Of a stretch of 64,000 nt of DNA, positions 1-13,810 are shown in pieces. The position numbers and the translations under genes are program-made. Position 1 is the first letter of the stretch. Each line of letters starts with the position of its first letter. The stretch comes from Psilocybe cubensis (lineage: Eukaryota). Location of the stretch: assembly GCA_017499595.2 (NCBI GenBank), contig CM039002.1, forward strand, positions 1,736,001 to 1,800,000. The letters run 5' to 3'. The notes under the pieces are model-generated. The model was not told where the DNA came from. It ran no database searches and was given only the letters and a program-made list of their open reading frames with translations.

Positions 1-452
1 CCAAGAATAACGTGGAGGGTTACTTACAGTGGGGCTAGATCTGAGAGTTTCTCTATATGGTGATAGGCCTCTTGCGTGATTTCTACAGGTTCAGTATAGT
101 CGCCTCCATGGACTACACGGTGGCAGATGTACATGATTTGTTTTCCATGTATAGACGCTTTTGACCGAAGAACCTCCAGAAAATGCGAAAATGCAGAAGC
201 ATGGTCAGTTATTGAGTTAACAATCTCATCCTTGCAGCGCTGATCATCAGAGGATTCAATGGGCTGGAAAGAGAACTTGGCTGGAGGTGCAGAAATCGAA
301 GATATTGAAGAGGTCAGGATCAGAGTAACAGCCTCCGAGGAACTGTGGTCGGGATACTGGTTTTGACGAGATGATACAGCATAAAGAGATATCTTGAGAG
401 AAGAAGAGCCAGAGTTGACAGAAAGCACAAGATTTTTGTCTGGAGGTGACAT
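1..452 (-). CDS. ackA: Acetate kinase, 5' exon (gene runs off the window start)
   Basis: N-terminal LVLSVNSGSSSLK (ASKHA phosphate-1 loop) and ICHRVVHGG...LAPL motifs of acetate kinases; GTAAGT donor near position 26. Confidence 0.92.
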
Positions 453-492
453 CGCGAATTGCAGTGGTACTGGCTCCTCGGACGCTGATAGA

Positions 493-772
493 TTATATAA
501 CTGGTCGACAAGTCCACGCCAGGTGGGCAGTCCAGAGCAGTCTCCATGAGAGCATCATTTATTATCGCAAGAGACTTTTTTTGTATTCAATGACGAGTCT
601 GGAATGATCTTGTTGTGTGATTCGTGGAATGCTGGGCCAATTGGGTTTGACATGGAGGTTGGATCCAGGTCCATTTGCTATTTACGGCAACCGTCTGGAG
701 TCAGCTCAGAATCACGTCCAAAAATAACACTCTCTCCGTCAACCTTCATCGCGACTTTACTCCACTATATAA
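493..772. promoter_or_regulatory. Divergent promoter region with a TATATAA box on each strand
   Basis: TATATAA on the minus strand at ~493-499, upstream of the ack ATG (452); TATATAA on the plus strand at 766-772, upstream of the xfp ATG (818). Confidence 0.45.
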
Positions 773-817
773 GGCCTCCATTGCAAGCCAATATGTCCTC
801 AACAAACTCTCGAAAAC

Positions 818-3745
818 ATGCCTGCTCAGATCATTTCACAACCCAACCCTCCTGCTGATCCCTCTCTCCTGCCAGATTCTACCCTTGACTACGCAATCAA
901 GCTCGATACTAAGGATTATCTATCGCCTGAAGAACTCGATGGCATTCGCAAGTTTCGTAGAGCCGCAGACTACATTGCTGCAGGTTAGCCATTTCGTACC
1001 GTGTCACAATGCCGTCTGTTTACGTCTTATTTCCAAAGCCATGATCTTCTTGAACAATACCAGCAACGTCCTTCTCGAGCGCGACCTTACACATGACAAT
1101 ATCAAACCTCGTCTCTTGGGTCATTGGGGCACTTGTCCCGGTCTAGTGATGGTGTATGCTCACCTCAACCGGATCGTTCGTAAGACTGGGCTTGATGCTC
1201 TTTATGTCGTTGGACCAGGTTAGTCCAAAATTTGCGGAACTGAGAGTTGGGACTTATCTCTTTTGTTTCTTATTAGGTCATGGTGCACCTGCTATTCTCT
1301 CTTGTCTTTGGCTGGAAGACTCACTCAGCACGTTTTTCCCTGAGTATACTCAGAACCTTGCTGGGCTGCAGAAATTGATCTCCAGCTTCAGCGTTCCTGG
1401 AGGGTTCCCCAGGTACGATTTTTAAACTATTCCAATTTGTTGCTCATCTGATTGGCATTGGCTTCAGTCATATAAATGCTCAAACTCCTGGAGCTATTCA
1501 CGAAGGCGGCGAACTTGGATACGCTCTTAGTGTTTCCTTCGGTGCTGTTATGGATAATCCCGACCTTGTTGTTGCATGCGTCGTTGGGGACGGCGAAGCA
1601 GAAACTGGTCCAACCGCAGCCGCCTGGCATGCATACAAATACATTGATCCTGCTGAATCTGGCGCCGTACTCCCCATTTTGCATGTAAATGGCTTCAAGA
1701 TTTCTGAAAGGACAATCTATGGTGTCATGGACGATAAAGAAATTACCGCGTTGTTCACGTAAGTATCCTGCATGATTCGACTGGGATCAAACCTTTTTAA
1801 TTCCTCTTCTTGATTTCAGAGGATATGGCTATCAAGTCCGCATCATTTCTGATCTCCCAAACTTGGACAACGATCTTGCTGCCTCGATGGAGTGGGCACT
1901 CGCTGAAATCAAGAAGATTCAAACTGCCGCTCGGACTGGAAAGCCTATTATAAAGCCCCGCTGGCCAATGCTCGTCCTTCGAACCCCCAAAGGTCTCTCT
2001 GGACCTAAAATGATTAATGGTGAAATTATCGAGGGGTCTTTCCATTCACATCAGGTTCCCCTTCCTGGCGCCAAAACATCCGACGAAGAGCTTGCCGCTC
2101 TCCAAGACTGGCTGTCGTCATACAAGCCTCAAGAACTCTTCACTCCTCAGGGAGTACCCATTGACGCGGTGCTTAGCGTCATCCCTGACGTCAATACCAA
2201 GAAACTCGGCCAAAAGAAAGAAAGTTACGCCGCTTACACGCCTTTGCTGACACCCGAATGGATGGACAACTGTGTCGAGAAAGGCACACAGGAGAGCTGC
2301 ATGAAGGCAATAGGCCGCTTCTTGAAAGAGGTTATCAACAAGTATGTATTTTGATTAATCAATTTTTGTTGAGCTGATCACTTATGTTTTGATTCCAGAA
2401 ATCCTAAAACTTTCCGTATCTTCTCCCCTGATGAGCTAGTTTCCAATAAATTAGACGCTGTCTTCGATGTTACTGGGCGTAATTTCCAGTGGGACGTCGC
2501 TGCTCGTGGTCAAGGCGGACGAATAGTCGAAATCCTCTCTGAACACACCTGTCAAGGAATGCTCCAAGGTTATACCTTGACGGGAAGGACTGGCCTTTTC
2601 CCCAGCTACGAAGCATTCCTCGGTATCGTGCATACAATGATGGTACAATATTCCAAATTCTCCAAAATGGCCGTGGAAACCTCCTGGCGTCAACCTTGCG
2701 GTTCACTCAACTATATCGAAACGTCTACCTGGACAAGACAGGAACACAATGGCTTCTCACATCAAAATCCTTCGTTTATCGGCGCCGTACTTAACTTGAA
2801 ACCCACATTTGCGCGAGTATATTTACCGCCAGATGCAAATTGCTTCCTTTCTACTATTTCACATTGCCTGAGGGCCAAGAATTACATCAACCTAATGGTT
2901 GGCAGCAAACAGCCTACTCCTGTGTGGTTGTCTCCTGAAGAAGCTGACCAAGTGAGTTTACCACTCTTTTCAACCTTATTCGCAAAGCTGACATCCCGGT
3001 AGCATTGCATAGCTGGAGCTTCAGTATGGAAATTTGCTAGTGTGGATGATGGCGTAAACCCAGATGTGTACGTTATATGTCATGAACTAAGTCGCAGCCA
3101 ATGACTGATATTTCACAGTGTTCTCGTCGGTATTGGGGTTGAGATGACCTTCGAGGTGATAGCGGCTGCAGCATTGCTTCGTATACATGCACCAGAGCTT
3201 CGTGTTCGTGTCGTCAACGTCACCGACCTCATGATTCTGCTTGATACCGGCCTCCATCCTCATTCTCTCAGTCATGAAGCCTTTAAATCGCTCTTTACAG
3301 AAGATCGCCCCATTCACTTCAATTACCATGGGTATCCCATTGAACTCAAAGGATTACTGTTCGGTCGGCCTAATTTGGACAGGATTACCATTGACGGATA
3401 TGCCGAAGAAGGCACTACTACTTCACCATTTGATGTGAGTTTTAACACCCTCACACATATCCATGATACTTAATTAACTAAAATGTGGATGTAGATGATG
3501 ATTTCCAACCACACCGACCGTTTCAGTGTAGCCATTAACGCGATCAGCGGTGGTGCTACTGTCAACGCCGCAGTAGCGGCCTATGCGCACGAGAAATGCA
3601 GCTATTTAAGGCATCTAAAACAGAAAGAACGCGATTACATCTATACCAATGGCAAAGGTTTGTCGAATTTAGTTCCTGGATGACTTCGAATGACCTTTTC
3701 TTTGCAGATCACGATGGTATCTTTGATACCCCGGTTTTTAACTAA
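818..3745 (+). CDS. xfp: Xylulose-5-phosphate/fructose-6-phosphate phosphoketolase (multi-exon)
   Basis: Spliced translation MPAQIISQPNPP...RRAADYIAA, LLGHWGTCPG, HEGGELGY, TPP-binding GDGEAETG...ILHVNGFKI, SHQVP, QEHNGFSHQ, EEGTTTSPFD; ends FDTPVFN* at 3745. Confidence 0.96.
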
Positions 3746-4054
3746 GGCTGCCGCTGAAGGCTGATAATTTCAGCTCCTGGCTCTCGCAGCCTTGTATATT
3801 AGTTTGATCTAGACGAGTAGACGTTTCTAAGTCTGTCGTCGATCTTATGCTGGCATTTGTACCGTAAGACTATTTCTATAATCTGGTCATTTTACCAAAG
3901 GGCTGTAGACACGTCGTTTGTGCATAACTTTAATTGTTATATTTAGTATTTTACAACATACCGGTTCATTAACATTCGTAAAACACACGATGATTGCTTC
4001 GGTGAAAGTGATACAAATTAGATCTACAAAAACATCAAAAACATCGAGAGCATT

Positions 4055-6990
4055 CTATGGCCGGTTGGTCCGATTGGCTAAAGGAAAGCTGCTCAATGTC
4101 TCTTGTACAAATTGTTTAATAGCTGGCAATGCTCGTGTAATGAGCTTAATTTGCCGTGTCTCATCTATTTCTATTCCTCAGAAGGTATGATTACATGTTT
4201 ATATGGAACGACATACCAATGGGAACCATTACGCCATGACGTCGAATATCCTTAGGTTTTATATGTGGGCCCATGACTGGATGGCTTTGCGGAACAATGA
4301 CGAGAGATGACTGCGTTTTACGTGAGATAGTGCCACTTTTGATGAAGACGTCCGGTAATGAACTACCTTTTGATACCAAGGGCGCGCGTCATCCACGTCT
4401 GAAGGATAAGAAGGCATCCTCTGAGATCCAACTACTTGAATAATTGCCTTCGCGGATTTTGTCACGCTCGTTGCTTGGATAAACTATTCAGTTCTTGAGA
4501 AGGCGGTAAAACCTAACAATAACTCACTTCTGCGATTGAGTAGATCCACCAAAGGCTTACAACCAGGTCCATGTCCAATTAGTATTACCCGTTCCGCACC
4601 CGAAAGTCTGATACGTGTCAGTGAAGTAATAGTGAAAGCGACTGAATCAACTCACTGGACATAATTATCCCACAAATATACCAACACATCCCTTCCAACC
4701 TCTTCCATAGTTTTGTGCCGCTACACTGCCAAATGAATCAACGCCCACGATATTGAGAAATGATGCATACCAAATTAGGGGTAGGGGTAGTAGAGGGTTT
4801 CGGGTATAAATTTGCATCTAATAAAGAATAACCTTCGCTTTTCACCCAACCAACAAGTTCTTTGGAGAAGTCAATCTACACTTGTATTAAATGCCAAAGG
4901 AATGAAAATACATCTTTCATATGACACGTACAAGATATGATCGTTCTAAATGAACATCGCAGGTGGTAGACGATTCCAATTCTAGACGGAGATTTCCACT
5001 AGTAGATGATTCATCAGAGATGCTGTATTAGACAAGTGCTAATACCCACAATTCATGGACAAAGATAACAAGAGTCTTGCTTTCAAAAATGTCCGACCTG
5101 GAGTCACCTCAATGATTGGCACATGGTATTAAAGTTAATATCACGTACGTGCACATAATTTGCGAGGAAAATTTTTCTTCTAGTTCTGGGGTCATCATTG
5201 GAACCTGCATCATGTCGTGCTTGGTGTAGAGATAGTGTTGTCTATGAGCTTTTAATATTTCTGCAGATAGTCTTGTAAGGGAAGGAAAAATCGCAAGAGC
5301 CCATGATGCTTACCAGGTACCGAGAAGCTTATTGGTTCCACATCTGAACGCGCAATGTCCAGTATTTAGTGCAAATTTGATGCCGTTAATAAGTTAAACG
5401 CACCTGCTTGAGGTTCACAGGCTTTTGGATCAACACTCTTCCAGTATTTGCTCTGTTCTCGTGCTACTAACCAGACAGTTTCCGTCCCTTCTTCGTTTGC
5501 TTTCAGAGGTGGAAGTTCATCTGGTGGTTCCCCAAGAAGAACCTTTGTCACAGCAAGAGCCGACTGCGATATTGAATCTAGGTTGTATCCACCCTACATT
5601 GCACAACAGCTCAGAGGGAAATTCAGGAATGACATAATAATGTAGTTCTGACCTCAAGGGCGACAACCATGCGCCCACCGGCTAGCCCAGCAAGCATGTG
5701 TGTCATATGTGCATAACCAGCAGGAGAAACCAAGCATTCACCAAGTTCGTCTCCGGCTGCTGCATCAAAACCTGCCGAAACTGACAAGGAAATTCGACGT
5801 ACATCAATAGCTGGACCATATAAAAACGCTGACTGTAACTTACTGATAACTAATTCGGGGGCAAACTCGGTGGCGATTGGCAGAATCACTTTTTGGAAGG
5901 CATATATATATTCCGCATCTCCCATGCCTGCGCATGGCCAAGGTACATTTACTGAACTGTAACACTTTATTCATACATCTCTAACACGAACCCAAATCAA
6001 TGACTCACAATCCGGTACCAGGACCTTCTCCACACGACGTTAATGATCCAAAAGGACCGCAAGGATAGAATGTGCCTTGTTCGTATCGATGAAGAGATAT
6101 GTAGAGAACGGATGGGTCGTCGTTAAATGCTCGTTGAGTGCCATTGCCTATGATACATCATAAATACACATATTTTGATTTACCATATCATCCGCTACTT
6201 GCCATGGTGTACATCCCTGGAAAATCGTCTGTGGGTAGGACAGCTACCAGAAGAAAAGTTTGACTTACCAATCGAGTATCAAAATCTTCTTCAGTTTGGT
6301 ACGTTGCTGAACAACCCTGGCTGCAACAGCAACATTGTTGAAGAAACAGAAACCCATATGTTCATCTGGTTCAGCGTGATGACCTGGAGGGCGCACAATC
6401 GCAAAGGTTTTCTTCAGCTCATTACGCGCCACAGCCAGGCACGCTTCAACTACACCACCGCAACTTAGAAGCGCAGACCTGGTAGTCCCAGACATCACGT
6501 AAAGAGACATTTGCTCGTAGTAATCCACGGAGTCTGCTCGCTGTTGATCGGTCAAATCTGACGCGTTTTCCGATAAGTAAGGAAGGCTAGATCTCAAACG
6601 ATACAAGGAGTGCTGTCACCCACACTGAATAGCTATCACTTTATTCCAATGGTCTTCGCTATGTACCAGTAGCGCCTCCCCTTTCTTTACCTCACGAATA
6701 GGCATCCATTTCATCCTCTTATGAAGTTGCTCGTTGACTATGGTTGCCCAAATCTGTTGAATGCGTAATGGTTGTTCGGGATGACCACCAGGACAAAAAT
6801 GGTTCATCATTTCTGAGGAATAAATATATCCAACTTTGAGATTTGAAGGCTGTAAAGGAAGTGAAGACGCGCGCGGCCGACGCGTTTGGAAAGTGTCCGC
6901 CATAGGGTTAGCTTGAGAAGTGGACGGGGTTTTTTCTGAGTCTATGTCCATAGTTCCCGAACCTGATGCGATAGGTTCTGTGGCCATCAT
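4055..6990 (-). CDS. HDA1: Class II histone deacetylase (Hda1/Clr3-like) with C-terminal Arb2-like region
   Basis: [62 protein letters not shown] across exons; last exon ends NRTNRP* at 4055. Confidence 0.92.
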
Positions 6991-7442
6991 GGCAAAGACG
7001 AGCTATGATGGTGTTTGACGGAACTGTTTTTCGGATAACTTGGAAATATAAGAGCGCGGTCAACAGCAACTTGAAAGCGGACATGAACTACTTTAATTAA
7101 GCTTTTGATCATAATAGTGCCAAATAATTACACCGCGTATCTAATTCCCTTTTAAGCTGTTCATGTCTTGGCGTCAAACCACGACCTAAGGCCTGATCCT
7201 GAGCGCGAGCTTCTTCTAACTCGGATTCAATGTTAAGACATCTGCTTGAAAGCATTGGAAAATGCTTCATGATTTCTACTTGGGACCGCTCTCGCATGCA
7301 TCTCAGGTCTCATCATATATGCTGACTACCAAGAGGTGTCTTATATGGCGCAACTTTCAAAGCCAAAAGTCGTATGTTATTTCGATATCCATATAAAGGG
7401 CTGCAATGAAATCGTTGAAGTTTGAACTGCAATTCCTTTACT

Positions 7443-9067
7443 ATGTCTGCACTCAACCCACGGACAACCCAATACGAATTTTTGGGTCCCCTTGGAGCCT
7501 TAGCGATTTCCATTGGCATTCCAACTGTCACTTATCTCCTCTACTTCGGATGCTCGGAGGAAACAGGAGGTTGTCCACCACAACTAAGCTCTGCTGCACC
7601 CATTTTTCAATCAATTTCGAGCTTAAGTTGGTGGAAGGGTCTTTGGGACACGGAAGCAGCTCTCATATATCTTGCTTGGTATGCATTCTGTGTTATCTCT
7701 TGGGCGATTCTTCCCGGAGATCGAATTAACGGAACCACCTTGCGAAACGGAGAGAGAAAGGTTTATAAAATCAATGGTACGTACTGTGGACTCTGTGCAA
7801 TCTATCTGTTCGAATTATTTTGCAGGCCTTTCTACGTTTTTGCTCGCATTGGGAATAACATCAGGAATCATCATGCGATATGGACCTGAGTCTTTCACCT
7901 TCATCTATCACAAATGGGTTGGCTTGTTGACTGCATCCTATGCAATGTCTTTTGCACAAGCCACGTACTTCTATATCGCTTCATTTCAAGAAGGAAAACT
8001 TCTTGCTCTAGGAGGTAACTCAGGGAACATCATTTACGATGTAAGCAGAACCTTCATCATATCTTGTATCGATGGAACATTGCTGAGCATATCTCACGTC
8101 TTGCCAGTGGTTTAAAGGACGCGAGCTCAATCCATCCATAGGGTCGTTTGATATCAAGTCTTTTAATGAGCTTAGACCGGGCCTCATTCTTTGGGTCCTG
8201 ATCAACATTAGCATGGTTTGTGAGCAGGCAACACGCCGAGGAGGGTTTGCCAATGTGACTGATTCGATGTGGCTTGTACTCGCCTTCGAGGCGTGGTATG
8301 TTGCCGATAGTCTTTATAACGAGGTATGTTTAATAGAACTCAGAACGAAAAATTTATCTGACTTTGTCATATCTATCAAGCCTGCTGTCTTCACCACAAT
8401 GGATATCATCAGTGATGGGTTCGGATTCATGCTGGCTCTTGCAACAACCTATGTGCCTTTCGCATACTCTGTTCAAGCGAGATACTTGGTCTTCCATCCC
8501 ATCGAACTCGGCCCATCCGCTACCATCGCCATTATCTTTGTAAATAGCCTGGGCTACTACATCTTTAGAGTCACGAACGGGGAGAAGAATGATTTCAGAA
8601 ATGGAAAGAATCCGAAAAGTACGCCAAACAACAACACCTTTTTCGACAGTTTCGTTTAATTATTCTTTAGATCTCAAGTTCATGACAACCAAGAAGGGTT
8701 CTAAACTTATTACCTCAGGCTGGTGGGGTCGCTCAAGGCATCCCAATTACATGTAAGCATATTCATTTCCACGAAGCGTAGTCATAATGCTCAAGCTCAA
8801 ATATAATACAAGGGGAGACTTGATTATGGCTCTAGCATGGTCACTTCCAACCGGCTTCAATACGCCTATCACATACTACTATGTCATCTACTTTACAATC
8901 CTCCTCATTCACAGAGAACGTCGTGACGATGAAGCTTGCTCACAGAAGTAAAATCTGCATCATTTATATCTTCTGATGTGAATACTGATTATTCATATAG
9001 GTACGGAGAAGACTGGGTGGCATATAAAAAGTTGGTACCCTACCGCATAATACCTTATATTTATTAG
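7443..9067 (+). CDS. ERG24: Sterol C-14 reductase (ERG4/ERG24 family)
   Basis: [79 protein letters not shown]...[10 protein letters not shown]. Confidence 0.9.
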
Positions 9068-9399
9068 GGAACCTATTTGGGTACCGCGCCACCGTGCAAC
9101 CTCTAGCCGCCCAAGTTCCAGATTTGCCTTAAGCCATATCCCAGCATGGTAGTCCATTACCCAGATTGGGCCGCTCAGTGTCAGTGCATTTGGCAAGTCT
9201 GTCAGCGGTGGAAACCTTGACCGTTCCTATATTGCGATAGCATTCTATCTATACAAATGTTTGAACCATGTTGTGTGATCTGTGGTTGTATCTAGAGGTA
9301 AATAAATAATAGTGATAGTTTTTAATGGTTATGTTTATCGTATACATGCTTAAATACCATAAAACATGCACTAAACACAAATACAGCAAATTTTAATTG

Positions 9400-10213
9400 T
9401 TGCATTGCTTAGCAAGTTTCGACTGACTTCAATACTCTTAACAACGCAATACCACTATGCCCATCATCTCATTCATTATTTTGTCGATCTGCAGCAATTG
9501 TCGTGCCTTCTCAATAACACTTGTGAACTTTTCAGCAGGACAATGGGGTGATTCAACCCTTACCTGATCCAAATGGATTGCCTATCATCATTATTGTACT
9601 GGCTTACACATTACACCTGAGCAATTTTTGGTTGCGAGTGGGAGGTTTCAACAGAGAATGGCGTTGGATCGTTAGTCTTTGCATGTCGTCGATATTGTTT
9701 AACACATATAACCACAATGACAATGATGAAAACTAGCTCCAATGTGCATGTGGTTATTGCGGCTGCCATTGACCAATCAAGGTCAAAAGTCTGAATCTCA
9801 GCCGCACCATTTCTGGCGCCTATTGCTGTAGACACTATCCACAACGCCAAGAGTGCAAACAAGTACCCAATCGACCGGGCGGAGTATGGTGTAAATGGTA
9901 GGATGGAGGCCATGTCATGATGTTGCAACCATCTCAGCAGCAATATTGCACCATGATGAGGGAGAGTGAAGACGAATGCTAGGACAGGCGCGGCAATACT
10001 GTTTGGGATGTTGGAGAATTGCCCATCCCCCACATTATTTGAGATGGAAAAGGCCAAGGCGAGTGTGGACATAATGAGCGAGAGGATGACGAATGTTGTA
10101 AGGCTTCCGGGAACTTTTTGTTCGGCACTGACTAGAGTGTTTGTTGATGCTGCATCGGAAGAGTCAACCACGGTAGATGTGGCGACATGGGTGTCTGAAA
10201 TATTGACAATCAT
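9400..10213 (-). CDS. Hypothetical membrane protein (~4 hydrophobic segments); 3' end uncertain
   Basis: Long ORF 9611-10354 with likely start MIVNISD at 10213 and several TM-like stretches; probable small 3' exons toward ~9400. Confidence 0.5.
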
Positions 10214-11202
10214 TTTAAGCGATGAGGAGTGTAGAACTAGAGATTGATAGAGGAGGCATGGTAGATACTGCGCAGTTTTATTGGCTTCCTGAAGCGAATA
10301 AAAACACGTAAGTGGACAATCCGGGGTGCGCGGGCATTGCATGCTTATGGCCACAAGACCTACTGTCCTAAATTTAGATCGAAAGAGGAATCACTTCTGC
10401 AAACATGCGGATAAATTATATTTAACTCACTCCTTGTTGGCGACAAAGTTGATCCTCAGAGAGTCAATGTGCAACACTGCAGTTTTTTTAGCTCACCACT
10501 GCAAAATCTCACAACGTTTTAGGTCGTTTATAGCTTGACAAACCTAACAGCCGGGTCAACCACAGGTAGGAAGTAATATGAAAACATACTTACCCTGGCT
10601 TTCCATATATTATCCCACCTTTAGTGGTGATTTGATAGAAGCGGTAGTGTATACTTATCTATGATATTGATAATCTACCTTCATGGTGTACGACTGATGT
10701 CAAGCCATGCTGAGTTACTGAGTGAAGCCTTGCGCGTTGATACACCGATTCGAAGGTAAAGATGAAGCTAACAAGTTGTTAGATATCTGGACCGAGAGAT
10801 TTCCTTCTACCATGCTTCAGAAAGTGTTGAGGATGTATGCGTTATCTAACTGGAACCAGTGTCCCCGTCGTTGACGTTGTGGTGAGATACTCGTAGGTTA
10901 CATTAATTAGGCTGGATAAAGGGGGGTACCAGTATGAGATAATTATACCAGCAAAGTAAATTTATATTTCCATACCTTTGTCATACTTGACCTTTGCATA
11001 AAACTTGCCAATTTAACAAACCGTGATTTTGTATCCCGAAAAGGAAAATTATTACCCCGATTAGGTAAATGTGGCTTGGACAATGTGCGGATTTTGATTT
11101 CAATTCAATTAACTCCTGCGTGTAAGTATCCTAAAAAAAGTTTCTACCAAGTTCCGTAGCTCTTGATCGCTTTCATGCGTGGGTAAATAATGGCAATGGT
11201 AT

Positions 11203-13001
11203 TTAACCTCCAGCCTTCCAGTACGCAATATCACCATCGACCACTATAAAATGTTGGTCAGAAAAAGCAATCAACAACTTCAGTGACAGATAATGCTTAC
11301 TCTCATAGGGCTTGCCCTGTTGTCGAAGCTTTCCGGCAGCTTTGACAGCAGCCTCACTGCCGTACTCCTTCAGGTCGTCGTATGACATGATTTCACCGCA
11401 AACGAATTTATTCTCAAAGTCGGAGCTAGAGAATGGAATGTGAATACGTCATCAATAGTGAGACGAATACAAGAAGCGTACTGGATGACACCGGCGGCCT
11501 GAGGAGCCTTGGTTCCTTTTCTGATTGTCCAGGCACGAACTTCATCGGGACCACAAGTGAAGTAGCGGATGAGCTAAGGGAACGGAAATGGTAAGAAGTT
11601 TACGATGAGGGAGAGAACGTTAATGCTCACGTCGAGACTTGAGTAACCAGCCTGTGTGATCTTTGGAAGGGCGCTGGTGGCACCCACTTTAGCTTCCTCT
11701 TCCTTTCTCTCCTCTGGGCTCATGAGAACAAGTCTCTCTTCCAGAGCGACAGAGAAGGGAATGAGAGGGTCTCCGGGGTTGTTAGCGTCAATCCACGCCT
11801 TGATTTTGGGCAGCCTGACAAGGTTTCAGTGCGGTTTGCGGTTCGAAAATAGTTAGCATTACCATTTGTTCTTCTTGCGAACGTAGTCCTTTTCGCTCAA
11901 GTTGACAAGGTAGGTGATGGGTTTGGCAGTGAGAAGGGTCAATCCGTTGACGACATCAATCTGGACGAAAAAGAAATTAGTTCATGGGTCTAATCGCAGT
12001 TATTGCCAGGACGGGGATGAAACAAATTGGATCTTTTCTCGATGGTTTATTGGCTGCACTCCTTCCTCGGACAGTTGGACTATTCGAGTTTGGCGGTCTT
12101 TTTTTGTCGCATAACAAAGACAATTGTTGACACAAACAGTTAAAAGCTTACCTCTTTGTTATTCCATTCAGCCTTTCTGATATCCTTGTTATCAACCGTG
12201 AGGGTCTTGAGAATTTTCTCAACAGTGGCCTGTGCAACGACATGTTGAGGGTCATGGCCCAATGAGATGAAGGTGGTCACTCACGATTTCCTCTTTCTTG
12301 GCCTTGTCAGCCAAGCTGGTACTTCCCAGGTTCCTGCCAGACTTTTTCAAGTTGTCGAGTGCTTTTTCGACCCATTCAATATCCTTCAATCGAAGTTCGG
12401 TTTGGATAATTTCCATGTCACGCAGGGGATTGACGTCTCCCTCGACGTGAATGACTTCAGCGTCATCGAATGCACGGACGACTTGGAAAATACCGTCGAC
12501 GGCGCGGACGTGGGACAAGAAAGCGTTTCCGAGACCAGCACCGGTGGAAGCACCCTGTTATTCCATCAGGTTTGATGAAAGGCGAACGAGGATTTTAGTC
12601 GACTCACAGCGGTCAAGCCGGCAATATCGATGCAAGTGAGAAAGGCAGGGACTCGTGATGCAGGCTTGTACACATCACAGAGCCACTCGAAACGAGCATC
12701 AGGAACAGGGATACGGGCTTCTTCAGGGTTTATAGTGGCATAAGGAAAGTTGGCAGCTTTGCCCAAATCTGGAGAGACAAATTTAATATGATCCTATACG
12801 GTGAATGGGCGAGCATACCGGTTTCCGAAAGAGCATTGAAGAAGGAAGACTTTCCGACGTTGGGGAGACCTAAGAAAGAAGATTAGATGGAGGCAAAGAG
12901 TTGAATGTAAAGAACAAACCTACGATGCCGATCTTAAGATTGTTGCTGGGACGGCCGAGAAGGGTCTTTTTCTCTGCGGCGGCAGCCTTTTTTGGGGGCA
13001 T
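11203..13001 (-). CDS. OLA1: Obg-like ATPase OLA1/YchF (possible upstream in-frame start at 13094)
   Basis: MPPKK..., [69 protein letters not shown]. Confidence 0.96.
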
Positions 13002-13198
13002 TTTCTTTTTTACAGCACGAGCAGCTGTTGTGGAGAAATATGCGGAGAAGGAAGATAGTCGCAAGATAGGATATCGATGATAAAATCCAATCATCGAAAA
13101 TCTACAGAGCCAGACGGGTAAATACGAGCAAACTCACCACACTCCTCGGCCATCACGTGTTCAATGTTCAGGCGCACCCTCTCCAGCCGACCTCCACC

Positions 13199-13810
13199 AT
13201 GCGATTCCTCCCCGTCGCCGTCCTCGCCACCCTATTTCTTTTCTCTAATGCCCAGACGACCCAGACGACCACCGACGGGTATGCTCGGCCCCTGCCCGCT
13301 CTGCTGTATACTCACTTTTTTCATTAGATCCGGTTCGCTGATCATCCAGGTTGTTTCGACCAACGCCGCAGGAATACCAATCACTACAGCTATGTTGGTG
13401 TCCCCCGTGCACACCGCGTCGACATGATTCAAACATTTTGCTTGTCTAGACAAACACTCTCCGCGTCTCCCACACCTGTGTCGTCAACGTCCTCAGATCC
13501 AGTGGGTGTATTGGGTCCCAAAAACGGCCAACCTGTGTCGCAAACCGGCTCTCCAGGCGCCCCGACTCCCTATTTCTACACCACCGTGATTGACGGCCAG
13601 ACGCAGGTCTTCCTAGCGACATTCACGCCCACCAGCCCGCAGACGATCAACTTTACGGCCACCAGCCAGGGCACGATCCTGCCCTACAGCTCGTGGCTTG
13701 CGGTGTATGGACCTCCAACAGGATCAGCGCAGAGTTCTGGGATGGCGCTGCGGCCAGCGTTGGTAGGATTGGGCATGACGACGGCAGCGATGATCACCTA
13801 TTTTCTATGA
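13199..13810 (+). CDS. Secreted Ser/Thr-rich, probably GPI-anchored protein (3 exons)
   Basis: Signal peptide MRFLPVAVLATLFLFSNA from ATG 13199; two GT-AG introns; S/T/P-rich body; C-terminal small residues followed by hydrophobic tail. Confidence 0.7.
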
